The translations under genes and the position numbers were made by a program. This document shows positions 1-9,259 of a stretch of 64,000 nt of DNA, piece by piece; the first letter of the stretch is position 1; each line of letters opens with the position of its first letter. A model generated the notes under the pieces. That model saw nothing but the letters and a program-made list of their open reading frames with translations. It made no database searches and was not told the DNA's origin. The DNA comes from Desulfatiglandales bacterium (GTDB taxonomy: Bacteria; Desulfobacterota; DSM-4660; Desulfatiglandales; HGW-15): NCBI GenBank assembly GCA_963667015.2, contig CAXXJJ010000004.1:3456001-3520000 (forward strand), in the 5' to 3' direction.

Positions 1-1
1 C

Positions 2-610
2 AACAACTCCCTTTTAATAATCCTGTTGAGCGGCATTGGGACTATGTGTCTGTATTTTTTGATTGAGAACCTTGCTATTGATTTCTTTCGCGAACGAGAA
101 AATTATACATTAAGGCGTATTCTGGTTTCACCTGCCGGCACAACAGCCTATATTCTGTCAAAGCAGCTCTACCTGGTAATTGCAGGATTGTTAAGTCTGA
201 TATCAGTATGGGCACTCGCATTTGCAATCTGGGGAATTCGGATAAACCTGTCTCAGGTTTTCCCTTTTCTTGCCATGCTATTACTCACTGCCTTATCCTC
301 AACAGGCATCATCTCTCTTTTCTATGCTATCCTTACAAACCGCAATCAGGCCTCGACGATTCTGGGGGGAATTATAATAACATTCGCGTTTATAGGCGGC
401 GGGATGATTCCATTCCAAGTTCTGCCGAAATTTCTAAAACAGCTGTCCGTTTTGTCGCCTATTTTCTGGAGTTCCGACAGCCTGCAAAAAATACTCATAG
501 ACAGCGTTAACCCCGGCGAACTTTTTAAACCTGCAGTTATATTGGGCCTGATATCCATTTGCTGTATAGGAGGAACCATACTCCTTCAACGAAGGAGGAT
601 CATGCCATGA
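2..610 (+). CDS. ABC-2 type transporter permease (5' truncated by window edge)
   Basis: Hydrophobic multi-TM protein with ERE..TLRRILVSP and GGG(M)IP motifs; frame is open back to the window start. Confidence 0.85.
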   Translation, partial: NNSLLIILLSGIGTMCLYFLIENLAIDFFRERENYTLRRILVSPAGTTAYILSKQLYLVIAGLLSLISVWALAFAIWGIRINLSQVFPFLAMLLLTALSSTGIISLFYAILTNRNQASTILGGIIITFAFIGGGMIPFQVLPKFLKQLSVLSPIFWSSDSLQKILIDSVNPGELFKPAVILGLISICCIGGTILLQRRRIMP

Positions 611-1758
611 CTAAAATTCTGACAATTGCACTGCAGAGTCTGCGTATTCTTTTAAAAGACAAATACGCCTTTATTTGGATGCTGCTAATGCCCACTGTTT
701 ATATCTTTTTCTTTGGCAATGTATTTAACTCTCAAAATGATCATTCAAAACTCACGGCATCTCTGGATGTATATAACCAGGATAAGGGGGCGTTATCTCG
801 GGTACTTATAGACGGTTTAAAATCGGAAAATGTCAATGCTGTTTTACTGGACAGTATGCCGGATGAAGTAAATGTTCGTTTATTGATCATACCGCCTGAT
901 TTTACATCAAAGGTGCTTGCCCTTGAAAAAACAGAACTGGAATTTGTTGCAAAACAGGGTACAAATATTGAAGCGGAGATGACCGTCAGCCTTGCCATAA
1001 AAAAATCATACTTTCGTCTTCTGGCAGATCTTGTCGAAATAACTTCACGTGGTGACAGTGTCACAATCGATAATGTGAAGGAACTGGAAGCCAGGAAACC
1101 GCTTATAGCAGTAAAGAGCAGCTATGCCGGGAAACACAAAATAATACCATCAGGATTCAATCAGTATGTACCTGCAAATATTGTTATGTTTGCAATGCTT
1201 ATCATTTTTGTCTACTCGGGTAATATGATTATGGATGAAAAAAAATCCGGGCTGTTTCGGAGAATCTATATTGCGCCTGTAAATTTTCTGGAACTGTTTT
1301 TGGGAAAGCTTTCAGGAAGCGTCCTTGTCGGTCTTGTACAGATAACTATCCTGGTGTTAGTGGGAAGGTTTCTCTTCGGTGTTTATTACGGGCCATCATT
1401 TCCGGCACTATTTTTACTCGCCCTGTTTTTTGCAGCCAGTATTGCATCAATCGGTCTTACCCTTGGAATGTTTATTAAAAGCGAAGAAAAAATGAACGGA
1501 ATCGCTGTGATCCTTGCCCTGGCTATGTCCGCCATAAGCGGATGCTGGTGGCCGGCTGAGGTATCACCCCAATGGATGAATTCCCTTTCTAATTTCCTGC
1601 CGTCAGGTATAGCCCTTTCAGGCTTTCACCAGCTTATTTCCTATGGCAGGGGAATGGAGGCAATCTATATGACGCTGATCAAGCTTGGCTCTATTGCTGT
1701 CCTGTTTGCACTTATATTTGCAGGAATGCTGTCCAGGTTTGATAAGACACAGGTATGA
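607..1758 (+). CDS. ABC-2 family transporter permease
   Basis: N-terminal TM, large extracytoplasmic loop, C-terminal TM bundle (EKKSGLFRRI..P; SGCWWP); ATGA overlap with the upstream permease supports the start at 607. Confidence 0.85.
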   Translation: MTKILTIALQSLRILLKDKYAFIWMLLMPTVYIFFFGNVFNSQNDHSKLTASLDVYNQDKGALSRVLIDGLKSENVNAVLLDSMPDEVNVRLLIIPPDFTSKVLALEKTELEFVAKQGTNIEAEMTVSLAIKKSYFRLLADLVEITSRGDSVTIDNVKELEARKPLIAVKSSYAGKHKIIPSGFNQYVPANIVMFAMLIIFVYSGNMIMDEKKSGLFRRIYIAPVNFLELFLGKLSGSVLVGLVQITILVLVGRFLFGVYYGPSFPALFLLALFFAASIASIGLTLGMFIKSEEKMNGIAVILALAMSAISGCWWPAEVSPQWMNSLSNFLPSGIALSGFHQLISYGRGMEAIYMTLIKLGSIAVLFALIFAGMLSRFDKTQV

Positions 1759-1776
1759 TGAACCAGAGATGCTGCA

Positions 1777-1989
1777 CTATTCATAATAAATTGAGACAAT
1801 TACCTTGCATGGCGCATAACTCCCGCCAGCCATGGACTGCTTTATATCATGAATTTTTATATTCGGCCTCTGTGCAAGCCACTCCTGTATCTCGCTTTCC
1901 AGCTCGATATGCAACGGTTCATTTAAACGTTTAGTTATAAACCCTCCAACCTTTCCATAAAGGATTGTAGAGAACATCTTGATTTTCAT
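1777..1989 (-). CDS. Small hypothetical protein (70 aa)
   Basis: ATG preceded by a GGGG purine tract; fills the gap between flanking genes; protein-like composition. Confidence 0.55.
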   Translation of the reverse strand: MKIKMFSTILYGKVGGFITKRLNEPLHIELESEIQEWLAQRPNIKIHDIKQSMAGGSYAPCKVIVSIYYE

Positions 1990-2098
1990 TTTTATGCCCC
2001 TTTCATTTTAAAATATAAAAACAAGCTCATAAGACCCTCCGTGCCTTCTGCTTCAGGCAGAGTCATCGCAAGGGTGTCGCACCGCCTGAAGCATGAGT

Positions 2099-2545
2099 TT
2101 AAGTTTTCACCATGTAACAACGATCTCCCGATGATTTTTCAACTACTTCATTAAAGCCTGCTTTTTTATAAAGTGTCATTGAAATCAGATTGTTTCTGTA
2201 TGCATACAGACTTACTTTTTGACAGCCTGATTGCTCCGCAATCCTGAGTAAGTTGCTGCAGAGTATCTTCCCATACCCTCGCCCCCGGTATGATGGCGCA
2301 ACTATTATTCTGGCCATATGCATAAGCCCATCTTCCTTTGGGAATAACTGACCGAATCCTATGATTTTATTTTCATTTATTAAGCAGTAAGAATTGTCCT
2401 CAGAGTATTTTATGTCATTTAAAAGATTGTCGATATCCAGGGGAAACCGAACTTTATTACCTGCCCAGCTTCTACATTCATTCTCATCTTTGATCCATGA
2501 CATGATTGTATGAAAATCGTTTATTTCAGCATTTCTCATTTCCAT
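2099..2545 (-). CDS. GNAT family N-acetyltransferase
   Basis: Motif A IVAPSYRGRGYG; C-terminal N..S..LYKKAGF. Confidence 0.9.
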   Translation of the reverse strand: MEMRNAEINDFHTIMSWIKDENECRSWAGNKVRFPLDIDNLLNDIKYSEDNSYCLINENKIIGFGQLFPKEDGLMHMARIIVAPSYRGRGYGKILCSNLLRIAEQSGCQKVSLYAYRNNLISMTLYKKAGFNEVVEKSSGDRCYMVKT

Positions 2546-2639
2546 ATTTGAAGCCCTTTAATGTTTTGCCTATTGTTGTGTGCTATCAATTGGAGGTTGA
2601 TAACAACTTTCCAATCAGGTGAGATTTGAGGAAGCTTTA

Positions 2640-3452
2640 TCACCACTGCCAGTCAGCGCCTATCCCGACTTCATTAACAACCTCTTTGACTCCCGGAACC
2701 CCTTTTGTGATCTCATTAATAGCCCTGAGCTCCTGTTCCGAACCGGCGCTGCCTCTTAAATTAACAACACCGTTCTCGGAAACCACGTGAAGGCTCAGGT
2801 TATTGGTTCTGTCGTCCTTTGTAAGGGCGGCCCATACCATACTGCTTAATACCTGGCTATCAAGTGCGGCCTTTGAATTTTCATCCGGCTTAAAATCATC
2901 CTGCTCTGCCATTTGCGCAATTATATCAACAGCACTTTTTATGCTTATGCGGTTGAGGTTGACAACAAGATCATATATGGCAGGATCTTTCCAGTCCACT
3001 CCATATAAAAATTTTGTCCAGTTGCGGCTATGCTTGTCCAGTTTTTTTATCACGGAAATGGCTTCCCTGCTGCTAAAGCCGTCCTTTTCCATTGCAGCTT
3101 TGATGCGGTATTCCATATCTGCAATTACCCTGATACACATTACATGGGCAATATCACCCAGAAGGAGGTGCCCTGCATAGCCATGGTATACGAGATTATT
3201 TTCGCTGGCCCTTTTAAGAAGGGCATACCTGACATAGTTAAGGTGTGCCATTTTTTTTGCAGGAGATTCAAGCCAGGAATTGGGCGGTTCTTCCATTGCT
3301 GCAACAAGTTTGCTTTCCGGGATTCCGAACTCTTCGGCAGCATCCAGGATTATCTCTTTACTGATACATGGATAACCCAGTTTCCGGCTTAGCTCCTCTG
3401 CCACGGCAATCCCGCCGCTGAAAGTGCCTCTGGAAATAGTGATAATAGCCAT
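2640..3452 (-). CDS. Cytidylate-kinase-like family protein with C-terminal BON domain
   Basis: IITISRGTFSGG start, YDLVVN motif; C-terminal V.SENGVVNLRG...VPGVKEVVN (BON). Confidence 0.8.
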   Translation of the reverse strand: MAIITISRGTFSGGIAVAEELSRKLGYPCISKEIILDAAEEFGIPESKLVAAMEEPPNSWLESPAKKMAHLNYVRYALLKRASENNLVYHGYAGHLLLGDIAHVMCIRVIADMEYRIKAAMEKDGFSSREAISVIKKLDKHSRNWTKFLYGVDWKDPAIYDLVVNLNRISIKSAVDIIAQMAEQDDFKPDENSKAALDSQVLSSMVWAALTKDDRTNNLSLHVVSENGVVNLRGSAGSEQELRAINEITKGVPGVKEVVNEVGIGADWQW

Positions 3453-3714
3453 GCGCCCTCCATTTAAAATAGATAGAATTTATGCCAGCGTTTTTAAATA
3501 TCCTCTTTTGATAAAATATTTCAGGACATTGTACTCCAGGAAATTTTTCCTGGCAAACGGGTAGTGTGCAGCAAGCTTATTCTGCTGAAGCCGGCCAATC
3601 TTCGGCGGAATAAATTTCTCAGGGAACAGCCGGAAATTTTTAAAAAATGTTTTCTTTTTGATTCATTTATGACTATAACTCGTTTAAAAAAAGGCATTTC
3701 ATGCGGAGGACAGA

Positions 3715-4938
3715 ATGATAAAAATAAATGAAAATTATAAAAAACTTCAGGCATCTTACCTTTTTTCCGATATCGCCCGCAGGGTCGCGGCCTTTCAGAA
3801 GGAAAATCCGGATAAGAATATAATCAAGCTCGGAATCGGCGATGTTACGAGGCCCCTGCCGCAGGCGTGTATCGATGCATTTCACGGGGCAGTGGACGAA
3901 ATGTCCGATATAAAAACCTTCAGGGGATACGGCCCGGAGCAGGGTTATGATTTTTTGAGGGAAACAATCGCAAAAAACGACTATCAGTCAAGGGGTATTG
4001 ATATATCGGCTGATGAGGTTTTTGTAAGTGATGGAGCGAAGTGCGACTGCGGGAATATCCAGGAAATATTTTCTACAGACATAACCGTTGCAATCCCTGA
4101 TCCTGTTTATCCTGTTTACCTTGATACAAATGTTATGGCAGGAAGAACCGGCCTTTACAACAGCGGACGTTATGACGGAATAGTCTATCTTGACGGGACA
4201 TCGGAAAACGGCTTTGTCCCGGAACTCCCGCAGGAAAAGGTTGATCTCATCTACCTTTGCTACCCTAATAATCCCACAGGTGCAACCATTACTAAGGAAG
4301 GCCTTAAAAAATGGGTGGATTACGCAAAGGAAAATAAGGCTGTTATCCTGTATGATGCGGCCTATGAGGCATTCATAAGGGATGAAAGCCTTCCTAAATC
4401 GATATTTGAAATCGAAGGTGCAAAGGATGTTGCCATTGAGTTCAGGAGTTTTTCAAAAACCGCCGGGTTTACAGGAATCCGCTGCGCCTTTACCGTTGTT
4501 CCCAAGACCTGCAGCGCCTACACTGCAGAGGGAGAACCGGCACTCTTAAACGGTCTCTGGAACCGCAGGCACACAACCAAATTTAACAGCGTGTCCTACC
4601 CTGTGCAGAGGGCGGCAGAGGCTGTTTACAGTGATGAAGGAAAGGTGCAGGTCAGAGAGCTCTCTGACTATTACCTTAAAAATGCTGCCCTTATCAGACA
4701 GGAGGTATCTCAGCTTGGCTTTGACTGTATCGGCGGAGAAAACTCGCCCTACATCTGGGTTAACGGCAAGACCGACTCATGGGCATTCTTTGACAGGCTT
4801 CTCCAGAAAGCCGGGGTTGTATGTACACCGGGCGCAGGTTTTGGAAAATGCGGAGAGGGTTATATAAGGATAAGCGCATTTAACAACTATGAAGATGTAC
4901 AGAGGGCAATGGACCGGATCAAAGAAGCGCTTAAGTAA
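3715..4938 (+). CDS. dapL: LL-diaminopimelate aminotransferase
   Basis: [45 protein letters not shown] motifs. Confidence 0.95.
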   Translation: MIKINENYKKLQASYLFSDIARRVAAFQKENPDKNIIKLGIGDVTRPLPQACIDAFHGAVDEMSDIKTFRGYGPEQGYDFLRETIAKNDYQSRGIDISADEVFVSDGAKCDCGNIQEIFSTDITVAIPDPVYPVYLDTNVMAGRTGLYNSGRYDGIVYLDGTSENGFVPELPQEKVDLIYLCYPNNPTGATITKEGLKKWVDYAKENKAVILYDAAYEAFIRDESLPKSIFEIEGAKDVAIEFRSFSKTAGFTGIRCAFTVVPKTCSAYTAEGEPALLNGLWNRRHTTKFNSVSYPVQRAAEAVYSDEGKVQVRELSDYYLKNAALIRQEVSQLGFDCIGGENSPYIWVNGKTDSWAFFDRLLQKAGVVCTPGAGFGKCGEGYIRISAFNNYEDVQRAMDRIKEALK

Positions 4939-4970
4939 AAGATAGAAATAAGTAAACAGGAAAGAGACTG

Positions 4971-5050
4971 AAACCAGAGGTCAGATGTCGGAGATCAGAA
5001 GTCAGTGCAAAGATACTGACTTCCGGCTTCTGATTTCTGGCCTCTGTTTT
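4971..5050. repeat. Long imperfect hairpin built of 7-mer tandem repeats between convergent dapL and pilB; probable bidirectional terminator
   Basis: CAGAGGT-CAGATGT-CGGAGAT-CAGAAGT-CAG arm pairs with CTGACTTCCGGCTTCTGATTTCTGGCCTCTG; A/T tracts on both sides. Confidence 0.65.
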
Positions 5051-7315
5051 TTACCTGTTCCTGGAAATATCGTTGGCGAGTTTTATGGTTATCTTGTTGG
5101 AGTGACTCAGCCTTTGTGCTATCACCTCAAAAAGATGTTTTGCAACATCAGGGTATTTCTCAACAATCTCAGTGAGTTTATCTCCCGGGAAGCGTTTTAT
5201 CACGGATCTCCCCTTTGAAATGATCGAGGCAGACCTGGCTTCACCAAGTATGGAGGCCATCTCTCCGAAATACTCTTCAGGTTCTGTGATCTCGGCAATC
5301 TTTTTACCCTGTTTTGATACAGTCAATGAACCCTGCACCAGTTTGAAGAAGTCCTTATCCTGGTTGCCTTCATGGATGATTATATCGCCGTCCTCATAGC
5401 GTTCGATATCAGGGTTTACAAGATAGGCGGGCAGTGCCTCCTTGGTAATTACCGTATTTCTTAATACCTCTGCTACGGAAGTCATACCTTCGCGTATTTT
5501 CTGAAGACCTGCCTCTCTCAGGGTCTTCATTCCCTCCTGACAGCCTATCTTTCTCAGCTGATCCTCGGGAATGTCTGCATTTATAGCCTTTGCAACCTCG
5601 TCGGTAACCTCCATGAGTTCATAGAGACCAACCCTTCCCTTGTATCCGCCATTGCAATCAGGACATCCCTTGGGGCCGTAAATCTTGAGGTCCGGAATCT
5701 CTTCCGTGGTAAATCCCATCAATTCGAGCTCTTCGGGGGTATGATGTGTCTCAAGTGTTTTACACTTCTGGCACAGTCTCCTGGCAAGGCGCTGGGAGAG
5801 TACCATTGTGACAGCAGAGGCAAGCATATAGGACGGAATACCAATATCCCTCAGACGCCCTATTGTAGAAGGACAGTCATTTGTATGCAGAGTACTGAAA
5901 ACAAGGTGACCGGTCATAGCTGCCTTAATGGCGATTTCCGCTGTCTCCATATCCCTTATTTCACCAACCATGATTATTTCAGGGTCCTGGCGTAAAAAGG
6001 CCTTAAGCGCGGCAGCAAAGGTCATGCCAACATCATTTCTTACATTAACCTGGTTTATTCCCTTGAAGTTGAACTCAACCGGATCCTCGGCGGTAAGTAT
6101 TTTTGTATCTTCGGTATTAAGAACATTGAGTACGGAGTACAGAGAGGTTGTTTTACCGCTTCCCGTGGGACCGGTAACGAGGACTAGTCCATATGGCCGG
6201 TGAATACATCGCTTCAGCGCCTCAAATGCCTCCGGCTCAAAGCCCAGCTTTGTAAGGTCAACATTAAGAGCGCCCTTGTCAAGAATACGCATAACAACAC
6301 TTTCACCAAAAAGGGTGGGAAGGGTTGAAACACGAAAATCAACCGCAGATTTTCTTCCGACGCGCATTTTTATTCTGCCGTCCTGCGGCACTCTTCTTTC
6401 AGATATATCCAGATTGGACAGTATCTTGATCCTGGAAATGAGACCGTTTTTTATAGATAAAGGCAGATTCATCGTTTTAAAGAGTGAACCGTCAAGCCTG
6501 TACCTTACCTGGAGAGATTTCTCAAATGGTTCAATATGTATATCACTGACGCCGTCTGTAACGGCCTTGACAAGTATACCGTTTACAAGCTTGATAATCG
6601 GGGCATCGCCGGCTGAGAATTCATCTTCGTCAATATCCTCATCCAGGCTTTCAAGCTCCATGTCCCCAACGGCCTCTGATACCAGTGAGCCGAAGTCATC
6701 AACCTGGGTTACAGGAAGGTCATCCTCATCCTGCTCGCCTTCTTCTGCAAAATAGCTCTTATATTCTTCTTCACTTATCTTGTAGAATTTTTTATAGGCC
6801 TCAATTATATCCTTTTCAGTGGCGACCCATACCTTCATGCCCATTCTGACATCGGTCTGGAGCGACTCTACCGCAGCCGAGTCAGTCGGTTCGGCCATGG
6901 CAATATCAAGGGTCCTGTCCCTTTTTTGCAGAGGAAAGGCCAGGTATTTTTTTACCGTATCATAGGGGATTATCTGCAGTAGATCGGGAGAGGGATTGAA
7001 GTCCCTGCTTGTTGCAGCCGGATAATTATGTGTACGGCTAAGTACATTTACTATTGTTCCCTCTTCAATATATCCCTTCTTGAGAAGGATGCTTCCCAGG
7101 CGGCCCTTGGTTTTTTTCTGGATATTCTGGGCATCCTGCAGCTGGCTGCTGGTAATATGCCCCTCTTTACAGAGGATCTCACCTATCCTTGTTTTTCCTG
7201 CCCCGGACTGGTCTTTGATGGTGGCCTTAAGATGCGAAAATGAACTGTTCAGTGATGCAGCTTTTACCGGCTTTAAATGAGATGGTTTGGGTTTTTGTTT
7301 TTGAGGTATTGCCAT
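5051..7315 (-). CDS. pilB: Type IV pilus assembly ATPase PilB with N-terminal MshEN motif and C-terminal cNMP-binding domain
   Basis: SDIHIEP, Walker A GPTGSGKT, TAEDPVE, LRQDP, GEIRD, TGHLVFSTLHTND, Zn CxxC pairs; extra C-terminal domain with FGEMASILGEARSAS. Confidence 0.92.
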   Translation of the reverse strand: MAIPQKQKPKPSHLKPVKAASLNSSFSHLKATIKDQSGAGKTRIGEILCKEGHITSSQLQDAQNIQKKTKGRLGSILLKKGYIEEGTIVNVLSRTHNYPAATSRDFNPSPDLLQIIPYDTVKKYLAFPLQKRDRTLDIAMAEPTDSAAVESLQTDVRMGMKVWVATEKDIIEAYKKFYKISEEEYKSYFAEEGEQDEDDLPVTQVDDFGSLVSEAVGDMELESLDEDIDEDEFSAGDAPIIKLVNGILVKAVTDGVSDIHIEPFEKSLQVRYRLDGSLFKTMNLPLSIKNGLISRIKILSNLDISERRVPQDGRIKMRVGRKSAVDFRVSTLPTLFGESVVMRILDKGALNVDLTKLGFEPEAFEALKRCIHRPYGLVLVTGPTGSGKTTSLYSVLNVLNTEDTKILTAEDPVEFNFKGINQVNVRNDVGMTFAAALKAFLRQDPEIIMVGEIRDMETAEIAIKAAMTGHLVFSTLHTNDCPSTIGRLRDIGIPSYMLASAVTMVLSQRLARRLCQKCKTLETHHTPEELELMGFTTEEIPDLKIYGPKGCPDCNGGYKGRVGLYELMEVTDEVAKAINADIPEDQLRKIGCQEGMKTLREAGLQKIREGMTSVAEVLRNTVITKEALPAYLVNPDIERYEDGDIIIHEGNQDKDFFKLVQGSLTVSKQGKKIAEITEPEEYFGEMASILGEARSASIISKGRSVIKRFPGDKLTEIVEKYPDVAKHLFEVIAQRLSHSNKITIKLANDISRNR

Positions 7316-7464
7316 AATGCCTGTCTGATAATAAACAATTTTATTTATTTATGCTTAAATTAAGCATTAATAATACAATTAATAATATATGCGTAATTTT
7401 ATCAAAATATTACTTATCTAAGGGAAGTATACTCATACTCAACCGAGTAAAAACCTCACACTAT

Positions 7465-7491
7465 ATATCGGTATATAGATAAAAAACATTA
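7465..7491 (-). promoter_or_regulatory. Putative sigma28 (FliA)-type promoter upstream of pilB
   Basis: Minus strand TAAT-N15-ACCGATAT vs consensus TAAA-N15-GCCGATAA. Confidence 0.45.
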
Positions 7492-7664
7492 AGATTAAAT
7501 ACATCTATTTTTATTAAGAATATAACTATTTGAATTTGTGATGAAAAAGTTTTAAGAAGTTAAATATTATCAGAAAAATATAATCATAACAATGAGATGC
7601 AATGTCGGTTGTATTTTATAAGTTCAGGAATTCAGGAGAATTGACATCCATTTTTTGCAGACAT

Positions 7665-7928
7665 TTATGAGGATTCTATTTCAGGTTTTGTGTAGATGAT
7701 CCGGTATTTTTCTTCAGCGCCCCTGTAACACTCCATGCACTCTTTTTCTTCCCGGGTTTTAATACAGCCATCATCAGCAGTTTTTGCCCGGAGGGGAACC
7801 AGCAGGACCTCAAAACCGGACTCTTTATATAACTCTGTTATCTCACTCAATCGCGGCTCACAGGCAACAAATCTCCTGGTCCAGCCATCGGCCTCCGTAC
7901 GGTTTTCACATTTTGGTGTATCAGGCAT
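7665..7928 (-). CDS. Hypothetical protein (87 aa, CxxC)
   Basis: Overlaps the upstream ORF stop (translational coupling); WTRRFVA.EPRLSE..ELY...GFEV and CMEC motif. Confidence 0.7.
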   Translation of the reverse strand: MPDTPKCENRTEADGWTRRFVACEPRLSEITELYKESGFEVLLVPLRAKTADDGCIKTREEKECMECYRGAEEKYRIIYTKPEIESS

Positions 7929-8898
7929 ATATTTCTGCTAAAATTATTGCCCTGCCCGAAAAGAATCCAATAAAAGAGTCCGCTTCTTCCGGTTTTTCAG
8001 ATGACCGGAATAAAAACATGGAAAACGAAATATACCTGTCCATTGGTGCGGATTGAGACGCAGACTCAAATTCTGTGGTCAGGTTTTTAAGGGCAATTAT
8101 TTTATCTTCCTGCCTTAAGTCTGAAAAGACAATATCACGGATATCGTTTCCGATAGTTATTTCTGTACCTTTAATATCTGTATCTTTAAACAGCGGGCTC
8201 TTAAAAGATACAATCTCAGGATTTTTCAGATCATTTTTAAAAATATCACATTCGTCTGAAAGATAGTCAAATATGCGCCGGTCAATGGTCAACAGCATAT
8301 CGTCAGGGTCTATAATTCTGTTAAAAAGGCCGTGCCATGCCCTTAAGAGCCGCTTCATATTTGCATCATTTAGAAAAATATCAGGGTCTATATCCCTTAG
8401 GTTTTCAAGTGGATACCTGGTGTTTTCTGTCAGATCCGCATTATTCAGCAGTGGTGAAGGCTGTTTTTTCAGGTTTTCCAGCATCCGGTTTGCGTCATTC
8501 CTGTTTTCTTCAAGCCTGTTTGCCAGGTGCAGGAGCATGTGCCACCTGAGTATCATATCCTTTTCAGAGGTGTCTGAAATCCTGTTGGCAAGGATAGTTT
8601 TAATGTGGCGGAGCGACTCGTTTGATGTCGGGTTTATATGACCTGTCTTAATAATCTCTTTGCGGCTCTTTTCACCCTGCTCATAGGCCCAGTTGAAGCA
8701 TTCATTGAGGAGTGCATCAAAATCGGCTTCCGGTTTATAATCCTCGGGCGGATACGATGCTGTTATCTCCATATTATCCACATATTCGGGCACATTGCCT
8801 CCCCAGGGGATATATATCTTTAAAGGTGAAAAACAGGGGGTAATCTCGCTTAGCCGGGATAACCCGGAATGGGCATATGATATTAAATGTATTGTCAT
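7921..8898 (-). CDS. Hypothetical protein (325 aa)
   Basis: Long ORF; no motif recognised. Confidence 0.75.
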   Translation of the reverse strand: MTIHLISYAHSGLSRLSEITPCFSPLKIYIPWGGNVPEYVDNMEITASYPPEDYKPEADFDALLNECFNWAYEQGEKSRKEIIKTGHINPTSNESLRHIKTILANRISDTSEKDMILRWHMLLHLANRLEENRNDANRMLENLKKQPSPLLNNADLTENTRYPLENLRDIDPDIFLNDANMKRLLRAWHGLFNRIIDPDDMLLTIDRRIFDYLSDECDIFKNDLKNPEIVSFKSPLFKDTDIKGTEITIGNDIRDIVFSDLRQEDKIIALKNLTTEFESASQSAPMDRYISFSMFLFRSSEKPEEADSFIGFFSGRAIILAEIYA

Positions 8899-9019
8899 TT
8901 TTCTTAACTATATTAAATGGTTGACATTTCAGTTATAAAGACGTCCAGATTGCTAATATGAGTATCAGATTGGCAGGTATTGTTTCAACAATAAAAAGGT
9001 AAAAAAGATAACATGATTA

Positions 9020-9048
9020 TTGACCCGCAAATAGATTTCCTGTAAAAA
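9020..9048 (+). promoter_or_regulatory. Putative sigma70 promoter, possibly for a leaderless transcript
   Basis: TTGACC-N17-TAAAAA ending 7 nt before the ATG at 9056; no SD sequence. Confidence 0.45.
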
Positions 9049-9055
9049 GCGCCGC

Positions 9056-9196
9056 ATGACAAAAGAAAAATTGATAGAAATCCTTACAGGGATATTGAAT
9101 ACAGATTTAGATTTGAGCTTTCTTCAGCAACTCAAAGAAAATGAGATAGAAACCCTTGTGGCATGCATCAGGGAAAGGATTGATACGGCAAAATAA
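9056..9196 (+). CDS. Small hypothetical protein, 46 aa, absent from the ORF track (MTKEKLIEILTGILNTDLDLSFLQQLKENEIETLVACIRERIDTAK)
   Basis: Translated by hand; amphipathic helical pattern; promoter-like sequence upstream and GC-rich hairpin with T-tract downstream. Confidence 0.65.
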   Translation: MTKEKLIEILTGILNTDLDLSFLQQLKENEIETLVACIRERIDTAK

Positions 9197-9259
9197 TACT
9201 CTGCCAGGGCACCCTGCCTGGCACTCTCAGGCTTTTTTGTGATTCTTTCCCTGATAATT

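Noticed and set aside
2049..2093. Hairpin TGCTTCAGGC...GCCTGAAGCA after the GNAT gene as an attC site
   Set aside because: The arms pair without extrahelical bases and there are no proper AAC/GTT core sites; more likely a terminator or REP-like stem
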